Shown piece by piece: positions 1 through 9,174 of a DNA stretch of 64,000 nucleotides (its first letter is position 1; every line of letters begins with the position of its first letter). The notes beneath the pieces are model-generated. The model was given only the letters and a program-made list of their open reading frames with translations. It did no database searches and was not told the origin of the DNA. This stretch comes from an uncultured Planctomycetota bacterium (GTDB lineage Bacteria > JAJVIF01 > JAPKYR01): contig CAYGZQ010000007.1 of NCBI GenBank assembly GCA_964354375.1, forward strand, positions 29,230 to 93,229. The letters run 5' to 3'. The position numbers and the translations under genes are program-made.

Positions 1-798
<798 letters not shown>

Positions 799-959
799 CT
801 CAAGGACCACGCTCGCGAGCTGAGCACCGAGGTCTACCCCGTGCCCGAGTACATCGACCATCAGGTCGCTGAGCTGAAGCTGGCCGCGATGGGGGTCACG
901 ATCGACCAGCTCACACCCGAGCAGATCGAGTACCTCTCCAGCTGGCAGGAAGGGACCTA
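799..959 (+). other. In-frame continuation of ahcY after the internal TAG; it encodes the canonical AhcY C-terminal tail.
   Basis: Same frame as ahcY. It translates [53 protein letters not shown], which is the conserved SAH-hydrolase C-terminus, and ends at TAG 957-959. Confidence 0.6.
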
Positions 960-990
960 GATTTCGACAAAGCGCAGGACTCCCGGTGGC

Positions 991-1094
991 TGACGCCGCC
1001 GGTTACGCACTCGCTTACGCTCGTGCTTCGGAATTGGTGTGCAACAATACAGGTCGGAAGCGCGAGCGTAAGCGAGTGCGTAACCGACGGCGTA
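991..1094. repeat. Long imperfect inverted repeat: arms of about 38 bp with two mismatches and a 27-nt loop. It lies directly 3' of ahcY.
   Basis: Arm 991-1029 is tgacgccgccggttacgcactcgcttacgctcgtgcttc. Arm 1057-1094 is its near-exact reverse complement. Confidence 0.6.
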
Positions 1095-1233
1095 AGCCAT
1101 CGGCTCCCGAAGCGCCCAGCAGGGCAGCGGGCATCCAACCTGATGACCCCTTTCATAACACCATTTCCCCCTTTATGATGGTACAATCTCCTCTCCTTGA
1201 AAGGAGGCGTTTGAGATTTTTCGCAAGCTTCCG

Positions 1234-2172
1234 TTGAAAATAACGATCCTGCTCGCGTTCTTCGGGTTCGCTTACGGGATCGGCAACATGGTCACGCCGG
1301 AGATGTACCGGGAGATGTCGCCGGGGAAGCTCGGCTATGTTTTCGTCCCGGACGACGATACGTTTGTCAAGACAAACCACTATCTCGAGATTCGGTTCGT
1401 CCAGATGGGGCCTGAAGCGCCTCTTGCGGCCACAGCATGGATAAGCCGGTCGCCCGACGAAGCTCCTCAGGCGCTTGAGTTCGAGCCCGCGATCTACCGG
1501 GGCAAGGAAACCGACAAGTGGTTCGCCATCCTGCCGCCGCTCGACAAGATAGGCTCTCGATGGTTCTACTACATCATGATCGAGACCAGTGAAGGCCGGA
1601 CAATCGAAATCTGGAAGTCCATGAACCGGCTCGAGAAGCTGTTTTCCGGATTCGAAAAGGACCGGCAGCTTTTCTGGACCACGTACGAGGGCAACGTCGT
1701 GCGCGACATGCCCTACGGCAAGGCTGCGCTGGTGACCCACATAGTGTTCTCGTTCGGCGCGCTTCTCTTTCTGTTCCACACGCTCTACTACGCGCTCTCC
1801 ATTCTGGACAAGCCCGGCTCTCTCGCTTTCATCAAGTGCTTCAGATCGTCATTCTGGGCGCTCCTGATTTTTGCAGTCGGGGCCATTGTCCTGGGAATCC
1901 CAATCACGTGGTACACATTCGGTGTCGGATTCAGCCCGTGGCCCACGCAGGGACTGACATCGCTCGGCGACATAACCGACACCAAGAGCTCCTGGCTCGT
2001 CGTCTGGTGGACCGTTCTGCTCATCAGGTATTTCCGAACCTACAGGGGAGCGCTCGGGGCGGAAATCGAGCCCGCGAAAACAAGAGCGTTCGCGATCTGG
2101 ACAATCGTCGCCCTTCTGGTCACAGTCTTCGTGTTCCTCATCCCGCATAGCCAGTTTTTGCAGTCGAGCTGA
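1234..2172 (+). CDS. Hypothetical polytopic membrane protein.
   Basis: 312-codon ORF with a TTG start at 1234. A soluble N-terminal half is followed by about five hydrophobic helices. I recognise no family. Confidence 0.55.
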   Translation: MKITILLAFFGFAYGIGNMVTPEMYREMSPGKLGYVFVPDDDTFVKTNHYLEIRFVQMGPEAPLAATAWISRSPDEAPQALEFEPAIYRGKETDKWFAILPPLDKIGSRWFYYIMIETSEGRTIEIWKSMNRLEKLFSGFEKDRQLFWTTYEGNVVRDMPYGKAALVTHIVFSFGALLFLFHTLYYALSILDKPGSLAFIKCFRSSFWALLIFAVGAIVLGIPITWYTFGVGFSPWPTQGLTSLGDITDTKSSWLVVWWTVLLIRYFRTYRGALGAEIEPAKTRAFAIWTIVALLVTVFVFLIPHSQFLQSS

Positions 2173-2234
2173 CCTCACCCCCTTGCCCCCTCTCCATCCG
2201 CCGCGGCGGATGGAGAGGGGGCAAGGGGGTGAGG
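2173..2234. repeat. Perfect 62-bp GC-rich palindrome, giving a 31-bp stem. It looks like a terminator or REP-like element, directly after the membrane-protein gene.
   Basis: cctcacccccttgccccctctccatccgcc|ggcggatggagagggggcaagggggtgagg. A partial third copy, gggggtgagg, follows at about 2248-2257. There is no T-tract. Confidence 0.7.
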
Positions 2235-2295
2235 CAGAGGGGGCCGGGGGGTGAGGTCGGGACTTCTCCCATTTCGCGTGCGATACTATTAGTGT

Positions 2296-3225
2296 ATGGA
2301 TTGGCCCTCCGATACCGAGAACTCCGGGTACTATGCGTTTGAGCCGGAGAGGTTTCTTATCCCGCCGATGGAGGGGTTTCTTCGGCGCATTTTCGCAGCC
2401 CGCTGGGGGATGATACTGGTCAGCGGCCCCGAAGCCATGAACCTTCCGGTGATTCTGAATTTCCTGGCCAACTTCGCGCTCCAGCAGGTTTACTACAGCG
2501 AGTTCTCGGCGCAGAAGGCAGATTTCCAGGATCTCGAAAGCGAGAGAAGAAGACTGAGGACCATCGAAGAGGTCCTCGAGGAAGCTCGCGAGGCGGTTTC
2601 CCGGTCCGGCAAGGAAGAGGGCGAGACGGGCGAATACTCCGGACACATTCCGCGCAATTCGGATGTGGTTTTCATCTCCGACCTGAGACCCGAGCTGGTG
2701 TCCGACAGTGTGGCTACGTCGCTCGGGGGCAGGCTTGTGGTGTCGGGCATCCGATCAGAGGGGAGTTTCCCGGCCCTCAGAGCGTTCAAGGACCTTCTCG
2801 GCAGCGATCATCTCGTCGCCGCGAGTCTCATGGGAATCATCGGCCTCAACGTGGTGTCGAGGATCTGCCCCGAGTGCAAGGTGGAAGTTGAGTACGATCT
2901 GGACGATGAGGATTGTTTCCTGATCGGGATGCACAGGAAGAAGCTGCAGGGTTTCAGGGGAATGGGCTGCGAGTCGTGTCAGGGCTCGGGATACATGGGG
3001 AAGATACTCATCCACGAGGGTTTCGAGATGAGCCCGAAGCTGCGTAACGGCCTTCTTGAGTCGCTGCCGCTAAGGCAGCTCAGGATACTCGCGAAGCAGG
3101 AGGGCATGAGGACGCTTCTGGACGCCACGTGGGATCTGGCCGACGCGGGCGAGACAACGCTTGACGAGGTGATTCGCATTGCCGATGTCACCGACCCCGG
3201 CGGGATCGAACTCGCCGACCTGTGA
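2296..3225 (+). CDS. GspE/PilB-family secretion-ATPase-like protein with degenerate Walker A and B motifs (predicted pseudo-ATPase).
   Basis: The C-terminal tetracysteine region RICPECK...GCESCQGSGYMGK...TTLDEVIRI and the His-box-like region VVFISDLRPE...RLVVSGIRSEGSFPALRAFKDL match the GspE core. The P-loop position reads ILVSGPEAMNLPV and has no GKT/S. Confidence 0.7.
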   Translation: MDWPSDTENSGYYAFEPERFLIPPMEGFLRRIFAARWGMILVSGPEAMNLPVILNFLANFALQQVYYSEFSAQKADFQDLESERRRLRTIEEVLEEAREAVSRSGKEEGETGEYSGHIPRNSDVVFISDLRPELVSDSVATSLGGRLVVSGIRSEGSFPALRAFKDLLGSDHLVAASLMGIIGLNVVSRICPECKVEVEYDLDDEDCFLIGMHRKKLQGFRGMGCESCQGSGYMGKILIHEGFEMSPKLRNGLLESLPLRQLRILAKQEGMRTLLDATWDLADAGETTLDEVIRIADVTDPGGIELADL

Positions 3226-3247
3226 CCAGATGGATCGCTTGAAATGT

Positions 3248-3272
3248 GCAGGCCCGATTTTGCCTGCTTTCG
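3248..3272 (+). terminator. Probable rho-independent terminator.
   Basis: The stem-loop gcaggc-ccgatttt-gcctgc is followed by tttcg, about 23 nt after the stop of the GspE-like gene. Confidence 0.45.
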
Positions 3273-3446
3273 AGTATAATTAGATGTGGAAGTTGAGCTG
3301 TAGCTGTACCGTATTTCGATCGTCAGTCTCATTTCCCGCTACCCAATCTGGATTCGGCAACTAGACAGTGGCCGGCGCTTTCACGATGTTCCTTCGCGTG
3401 CCAGCCACGTTGCATAATGAGATTCAGAGAATCCGGGGAGCAGAAG

Positions 3447-4325
3447 ATGAGACCTTCAGACAAGCCAAACCGCCGCCCCCTTTCGTCGCCCAGACGCCTC
3501 GCTCTGCTGGCGACCGCGATATGCCTGTGGATATCCACTCTCTCGATCGTCCTTAACCATGAAATCGCGGTCGAATGGCTTCCCGCCACCGCCCCACGTG
3601 TCGCTCCCGACGGCGTTGTCTACCAGAGCACGGACTACTCATGCGGTCCTGCGAGCCTTGCCACTCTCTTCGGGCACTACAACATCGTAAAGAGTGAGCG
3701 GGAGTGGGCGGAGGTCGCCGGCACAAACCTGTCTGTGGGCACGCGACTGAGCGGGCTGAAGAAGGCGGCGGAGAGCATGGGATTCGAGCCGGTCGCTCTG
3801 AATCCCACATTCGATCAGCTCGACCTGATCTGCCGGCCGTCCATTCTCTTCCAGTCAAAGGACTACCACCTCGTCACGTTCTGGGGAATGGACCGACAGG
3901 GCTGCGCGATCATACGCGATCCCGCGCTGGGACGCACTCGATGGGGTCCGGCTGAGTACGCCGCTTTTACGCCTTCCAGGCCCGATCTCCTCGTGTTCTA
4001 TCCCGGTCGCGTGCCTACGTGCGGACCCGAAAGCTCCAGCATGGAAATCGGCAGAATCCAGAATATGCTTTCTGCGCTGGGTTACTACAAGGGCAAGGTC
4101 GACTGCGCATGGACAGACCGCCTTGCCGCAGCCGTCGCTTCCTTCCAGAGCGACATGCGTCTCGATCCCACCGGAATCGTCGACGCTCCCACGGACATCT
4201 ACCTCGAAGGCGCCTGGCGTCTCGTGACGAACGGGCCCATCGAGCCGTTCATGAGGATCGACTGCACCAATGAACCGACGCATCGGCCGGTAGCCATCCT
4301 GACCCGCCTCTCACCCTCCGAATAA
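3447..4325 (+). CDS. Secreted or membrane-anchored C39-family cysteine peptidase domain protein with a C-terminal peptidoglycan-binding (PG_binding_1-like) domain.
   Basis: The ATG at 3447 has a GGGGAG RBS 7 nt upstream; the longer ORF starts at 3417. The N-terminus has an Arg-rich n-region followed by a TM helix. The C39 motifs are present: Q-x5-CGPASL (YQSTDYSCGPASLATLF) and HLVTFWG...IRDP. The PG-binding-like repeat is IQNMLSALGYYKGKVDCAWTDRLAAAVASFQSDMRLDPTGIVD. Confidence 0.7.
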   Translation: MRPSDKPNRRPLSSPRRLALLATAICLWISTLSIVLNHEIAVEWLPATAPRVAPDGVVYQSTDYSCGPASLATLFGHYNIVKSEREWAEVAGTNLSVGTRLSGLKKAAESMGFEPVALNPTFDQLDLICRPSILFQSKDYHLVTFWGMDRQGCAIIRDPALGRTRWGPAEYAAFTPSRPDLLVFYPGRVPTCGPESSSMEIGRIQNMLSALGYYKGKVDCAWTDRLAAAVASFQSDMRLDPTGIVDAPTDIYLEGAWRLVTNGPIEPFMRIDCTNEPTHRPVAILTRLSPSE

Positions 4326-4409
4326 GCAGCGGCTCCCCCCGAGTGCGCCGGCTTTCCAGCCGGCATTCGTTTGCATCCAACGGTGCGTTTTACGCTATAA
4401 TTCGGCGAC

Positions 4410-5192
4410 TTGAGCGAGAACGCCACAAAGCCCCTGGTCTGTGTTCCCACCTTCAACGAGCGCGAGAACATCTCGAAGCTGATTGGCTGCATATTCGATG
4501 CGATCCCGTTTGCCGAGATCATGATAGTCGACGACGGCTCGCCGGACGGCACCGGCGCTATTGTCGACGAGATGGCGTCGAAAAATCCGCACATTCATTG
4601 CATCCATCGCGCGGGCAAGATGGGGCTTGGGACCGCCTACATCGCCGCCTTCAAATGGGCCCTCGAGCGCGACTACACCCATTGCTTCGAGATGGACGCC
4701 GATTTCAGCCACGACCCGAAGGATCTGCCGAGACTCCTCGACGCAACGAAGGAATTCGACATCGCGATCGGGTCGAGGTTCTATGCGGGGAAGCTCTCGA
4801 TAGTCAACTGGCCGCTGTCAAGGCTCATCCTGTCGCTCGCCGCCACCGTCTACGCCCGGGTGATCACCGGCTTGAGGCTGTGGGACTGCACGACCGGCTT
4901 CAAGTGCTTCCGACGGAAGGTGCTCGAACACCTGCCCCTCGATAAGGTGAAAAGCGAGGGCTACTCGTTCCAGATCGAGATGAATTTCCGCGCGACCAGA
5001 ATGGGCTTCAAGGTGGGCGAGATACCGATCGTCTTCACCGACCGCACCCAGGGTGGCAGCAAGATGTCGAAGAGGATCGTCTTCGAAGCGATCTGGCGGG
5101 TATGGCAGCTTCGATGGGCCGGGGCTATGGAGGATTTGGGCTGCCTGCTAAGGGGAAAGCGTCGCCCCAGACCGGGCAGAGCACAGGGTTAG
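4410..5192 (+). CDS. GT2 glycosyltransferase, polyprenol-phosphate mannose/glucose synthase (Dpm1/Ppm1-like).
   Basis: PTFNERENI, IMIVDDGSPDGTG, the DXD-containing EMDADFSHDP and QGGSKMS are typical of the Dpm1 family. It has a TTG start and a TAG stop. Confidence 0.8.
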   Translation: MSENATKPLVCVPTFNERENISKLIGCIFDAIPFAEIMIVDDGSPDGTGAIVDEMASKNPHIHCIHRAGKMGLGTAYIAAFKWALERDYTHCFEMDADFSHDPKDLPRLLDATKEFDIAIGSRFYAGKLSIVNWPLSRLILSLAATVYARVITGLRLWDCTTGFKCFRRKVLEHLPLDKVKSEGYSFQIEMNFRATRMGFKVGEIPIVFTDRTQGGSKMSKRIVFEAIWRVWQLRWAGAMEDLGCLLRGKRRPRPGRAQG

Positions 5193-5193
5193 C

Positions 5194-6936
5194 CTAATCC
5201 GAACGCGGCTTCGCCTTATTAGCGACTTCCACTATCTGATCAAGCACCTCTCCGATCTCAGGGTCAACCAGCTCGTCCGGAACATGTCTGGCCAGTTGAT
5301 GATAGTGACTCTTGCTCATCAGATTCGGCATGTTGAGCTTCTGGAAGAAGAAAGGAAACAGTATGTCCAGGAAATCGTCGCTCGCCTTCTTGTCGATCCA
5401 CCAGGCGCTTGTCGGGTCGCGGAGCGCAAACGGGGGAACCACCTCTTCAATCGCCTCTCTCATCGCATTCTGACACTCGGTCATTTCTGACTCCGCAAAC
5501 AGTGGACCAAGCGATCGCTTCTGGCCAAACTCCCCGGCGTACGATAACAGGGTTTCTCCCTGGCAAAGATAGTTTTCAATTTCTCTGCGTCTCCACATAT
5601 GTTCCGGCAATTCCTCCCGGTCCAGCGGTTCCTTGTCAGTGCGGTCAGTCAAAATAAAGCCGACAAGGTCTCTCTTGGCCTCACGCAGCCCGCTGAAGTG
5701 CGCTCTGGCCTTGGAGGGAGAATTGCCGACATAGTACACAAACGGCCGTTCCAGCTTATCCTTCGCCGGATGGCGCAGCTTCTCGGCAAAAGCTCTTAGA
5801 ATGGCCAGATCGCTGGAACCTTCCAGATATAGAACCCACCCGGTCTGCTCAGCCTGATAGTACTGGTCGAAACCTATTTCGCGCAGAGATTTCAGTAGCT
5901 GGCTCCCCCGATCGTCAATCCTGTGAGGCGGCCCCACGAACGCCACAACCATATCCCTCCCGGCAGCCTCGGTGAGGACAACCTCAGAGTGACTGGCTGC
6001 AATGACTTGGCTCCCCGATGACCGAGCCGTCTCAGTAAGGATCTGGTAAATCTGTCTCTGGCGCAGGATTTCCAGATGTGCATCAGGCTCGTCGAGAAGA
6101 AGAACAGCTCCCGGATTGGCCGTCATGAAGGCCATCAGCAAAAGGGTTTGCTGAAGGCCGCGACCTGATGACGACAGGTCGAGAGTGACGCCTTTGAGTG
6201 TTTCATAGGTCATGATGATTTCATGCCTCTCGGTGACGACTGGGGAGTTCAACTGTACACCAAAGAGTCCTCTAATCCTGCCACTGACGAAATCCCATTT
6301 GTCCTTTCCCGATTCACCGGAGTAAAGCTGATAGCAGAGATTCCTCAGGACCTCCGCGGTGCGGCCCTGGTCAATCAGGAACCGGATTTCTCCTTTCTGC
6401 TTGACAAACTCGCGATCCGCCAGTCCGGACATCGGTGGGAGAAACGCCAGCTCGGTTCCGATCGCGGGTTTAGGTATGGGTATTCGCTTCGGTTTCTTGC
6501 TTTCGTCGAGCCTCAAGGGCCGACAGTAAATCGATTCTACGTTGGCAAAGTCAAACTCCAATCCGCAGTCCCACGGCATCGACTCGCTCAGGCTCACCCC
6601 TGAGACAATGATGTCTATCCTCACCTTTCTCGGCTTTTCATCTTTATCCCTTGGTTTTGCGAATAGATGCAGATCACGCCAGATGAGTTTCGCATCCGGA
6701 ATCGGCAGGGCAGTGAGATCCTGTCTATTGATGGCTACTCCCGGCCTTTCCTTTGATGATTCGTCAGAGCCATGTTTCTCGATCCACTTCTTCAACCCAA
6801 TATCCCAAAGAGCCAAAGCCTGAAGAGCGGTTGTCTTTCCGGAGTCATTGGGGCCGATGAAGACAACAGCATCGCCAAGCTCGATCGTCACATCGCCGAA
6901 TCGTTTGAAGTTCTTGACGCGCAGTTCAGTAAGCAT
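5194..6936 (-). CDS. OLD-family-like ATP-dependent nuclease: an N-terminal ABC/AAA_15-21 ATPase with a C-terminal TOPRIM/DUF4435-like domain.
   Basis: Walker A is FIGPNDSGKTT inside the MLTELRVKNFKRF N-terminus. There is an ABC signature-like SSGRG, followed by the Walker B/D-loop LLLDEPDAHLE and the H-loop ASHS. The C-terminal part has LYLEGSSD and ILTDRTD acidic motifs that resemble TOPRIM. The region looks AT-richer than its flanks. Confidence 0.7.
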   Translation of the reverse strand: MLTELRVKNFKRFGDVTIELGDAVVFIGPNDSGKTTALQALALWDIGLKKWIEKHGSDESSKERPGVAINRQDLTALPIPDAKLIWRDLHLFAKPRDKDEKPRKVRIDIIVSGVSLSESMPWDCGLEFDFANVESIYCRPLRLDESKKPKRIPIPKPAIGTELAFLPPMSGLADREFVKQKGEIRFLIDQGRTAEVLRNLCYQLYSGESGKDKWDFVSGRIRGLFGVQLNSPVVTERHEIIMTYETLKGVTLDLSSSGRGLQQTLLLMAFMTANPGAVLLLDEPDAHLEILRQRQIYQILTETARSSGSQVIAASHSEVVLTEAAGRDMVVAFVGPPHRIDDRGSQLLKSLREIGFDQYYQAEQTGWVLYLEGSSDLAILRAFAEKLRHPAKDKLERPFVYYVGNSPSKARAHFSGLREAKRDLVGFILTDRTDKEPLDREELPEHMWRRREIENYLCQGETLLSYAGEFGQKRSLGPLFAESEMTECQNAMREAIEEVVPPFALRDPTSAWWIDKKASDDFLDILFPFFFQKLNMPNLMSKSHYHQLARHVPDELVDPEIGEVLDQIVEVANKAKPRSD

Positions 6937-7027
6937 GGCTTATCACGCTGGTTTGGGTTCACTCACTCCCCAAACCGTTTCCAGTTCAAGGGTACATAAT
7001 CGACCCGGCGATGTCACCGCACCGTAC

Positions 7028-7885
7028 TTAGCCGAGGTTTATGTTAAATCCCTTCGAGCCTGAGCCGCGTTCGAACGGCAGGAAGGGCGTCAGTCGACCC
7101 GCCAGGCCCGGCATGGTCATGTGCTGAATCCATACCTTGCCGGGGCCGGTCAGCCTCGCCAGGAAAATACCCTCGCCACCGAGAAATATGTTTTTGAATC
7201 CTTTCTGAAGCTTGATGTCGTAGGTCACGCTTGCCTCGAAACACGCGATATGCCCCGTGTCGATGAGAAGGCTCTGGCCGGGCTGAAGATCCCGGGTGGT
7301 CAGCTCGCCGTCGATCTCCAGGAACACCAGGCCCGGACCGGTGAGCTTCTGCAAAACCAGGCCCTCGCCGCCGAAGAAAGCCGCCCCCGCTCCCCGCCAT
7401 TCCATCGCGAGGTCCACCTCCTCCTGTCCGACCAGGAAACTTCCGCGCTGCGCGATGATCGCTTCTCCCGCCTTCAGCTCGAACGGGAGTATCTTGCCGG
7501 GGAAGCTCGATGCAAACGCGACAGTGCCGGGCGCATTCTCGGCTTTGAAGTAGTTGAGGAAAAGGCTTTCGCCCTGTATGGCGCGACTGGCGGCCTTCAG
7601 AAAAGTGTCCAGCGCGCCCTTGCTCTCTTTCCCTTTTTGAATGGACGTTTCCATTTCTATCGAGGCGTCCATCCAGACCATCCCTCCCGTCTCGGAGAAC
7701 ACTCGCTCCCCCTGGGGGAGGTCGATCTCCACTGTCTGCAGAATCTCGCCCGCAATACGGTAGACGAGCGGTTTGGGCTGGGCCGGTGCGACAGACGCCT
7801 CCTGGGCTCCTCCCGTCTTCGCCCCGCATTCCGGGCAGAACTTCGCGTTGTCATTCAGTTGCTTTCCGCAGTTTGGACAGAACAT
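7028..7885 (-). CDS. Protein with an N-terminal double zinc ribbon followed by an AIM24/TIGR00266-family domain.
   Basis: MFCPNCGKQLNDNAKFCPECGAKT is followed by a roughly 230-aa region with Gly-rich beta motifs (GGEGLVLQKLTGPGLVFLEIDGEL, GGEGIFLARLTGPGKVWIQ) typical of AIM24/DUF124 proteins. Confidence 0.65.
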   Translation of the reverse strand: MFCPNCGKQLNDNAKFCPECGAKTGGAQEASVAPAQPKPLVYRIAGEILQTVEIDLPQGERVFSETGGMVWMDASIEMETSIQKGKESKGALDTFLKAASRAIQGESLFLNYFKAENAPGTVAFASSFPGKILPFELKAGEAIIAQRGSFLVGQEEVDLAMEWRGAGAAFFGGEGLVLQKLTGPGLVFLEIDGELTTRDLQPGQSLLIDTGHIACFEASVTYDIKLQKGFKNIFLGGEGIFLARLTGPGKVWIQHMTMPGLAGRLTPFLPFERGSGSKGFNINLG

Positions 7886-7944
7886 GCCGTTGTTAATCCT
7901 CCGATGTAGAGTTTATCAGCCGAAGCCCAAAAAGCTCCGGCATA

Positions 7945-9108
7945 CTAGACCAGTTTCGTTCCGCATTTGTTGCAGAATTTCTCCTCCGGGTCGACTTGAT
8001 CGCCGCATTTCGGACAGAAGTTCGGCTTGGCTTCCCCAATGGACGGCATCTCGGGAGCGGCTTTCTCCTCCACCGCTTTCGGATGTCGCCTGCCCGCAAG
8101 CACAGCAACAAGTATCACCACGCCCGCAAGCAGAACCAGTATCACCCACCAATACAGGATCACGAATTTGATAATCAGCACCAGGACAATCGACAGCACA
8201 AGGCTTATGACACCTATCACGAATCTCAGCCCGCCACCGACGAAAGGCACGTACTTCAGCAGAAACAGAAGCGGTCCGATTATCAGGTTGAAGCCGAGGA
8301 AGAACAGAATCACACTCAACGCAGTCAGACCCCACTTGGCGGCGCTTTCGCTTGCCGCCAGATCGGCCACGAGCTCATCGGCGCTCTTGTCGGTGATGAT
8401 GAACGGCGTCCCCGACGAAATCCTGTCGCTGACCATCTCTCCCACCACGACCAGGTCGCCGACATCCTCAATCGGCAGATACTCGACAAGAAGCCATCGC
8501 GACCCGAGAGTCTCCGGACCCTTGTCCTGGCAACTCTCGAACCTCGTCAGCCTCAGGTCGGATTCCCTGGGAAGGACCTCGATCTCGCCGAGCATGAATG
8601 AAGAGGCAGCCTGGGTCTGTTCATCGAGGACCTGCCAGTCCTGGACCATGTACTGCTCCTCGACCGTTTCCTGGACTTCCTGACCGTTGACGGTGCGCGT
8701 CACAGTCTTCTGCCTTGTCTCCGGGTGCTCCCTGAACTCCTTGAGGGCCGTGTGATACCAGAAGACATCCTCTTTCGCATTGATTTCCTTGCACGCGATG
8801 TCGAAAGGCATCACCTCGACATTCTCGGGTTTCCCGTGGACCTTCAGCAGGCCGGTCTGTCCTTTGGCCTCGGCAGCGGTGAGAAGCGGCAGCGCATCGA
8901 GGGTCTTGCTGTGCTCTGCAACCCCTCTCACCGAGCACCACGCCGGAACAAAGGCCAGAGCGAACAGGATAAATCCGAGGAACATGCCTCCGATCGAGTC
9001 CATACATCCCTGCTTGGTGTCGCGGAAGCCTTTCGCCAGTGGATTCGCGCTCCCGAGCACTTTTCTGGACACTACGCGGGAACCGATGAATCTCTCTCTT
9101 GGGCTCAT
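7945..9108 (-). CDS. Membrane protein with an N-terminal signal/TM helix, a roughly 200-aa extracytoplasmic domain, a C-terminal TM bundle and a terminal double zinc ribbon.
   Basis: There is a GGAGGG RBS before the ATG at 9108. A hydrophobic stretch runs FLGFILFALAFVPAWC. The extracytoplasmic domain is followed by three or four TM helices. The C-terminus is FCPKCGDQVDPEEKFCNKCGTKLV. Confidence 0.6.
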   Translation of the reverse strand: MSPRERFIGSRVVSRKVLGSANPLAKGFRDTKQGCMDSIGGMFLGFILFALAFVPAWCSVRGVAEHSKTLDALPLLTAAEAKGQTGLLKVHGKPENVEVMPFDIACKEINAKEDVFWYHTALKEFREHPETRQKTVTRTVNGQEVQETVEEQYMVQDWQVLDEQTQAASSFMLGEIEVLPRESDLRLTRFESCQDKGPETLGSRWLLVEYLPIEDVGDLVVVGEMVSDRISSGTPFIITDKSADELVADLAASESAAKWGLTALSVILFFLGFNLIIGPLLFLLKYVPFVGGGLRFVIGVISLVLSIVLVLIIKFVILYWWVILVLLAGVVILVAVLAGRRHPKAVEEKAAPEMPSIGEAKPNFCPKCGDQVDPEEKFCNKCGTKLV

Positions 9109-9174
9109 TTCGACCCCCTTCCCTCCGGCACCGGGCCGGATGGGCGACAGTTTGTGATTGACAGCCGAAAAAAC

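Noticed and set aside
986-1237. Small ORFs 986-1237 + and 911-1186 - after ahcY.
   Set aside because: They overlie the long inverted repeat and are mirror images of each other. They are Arg-rich with no RBS.
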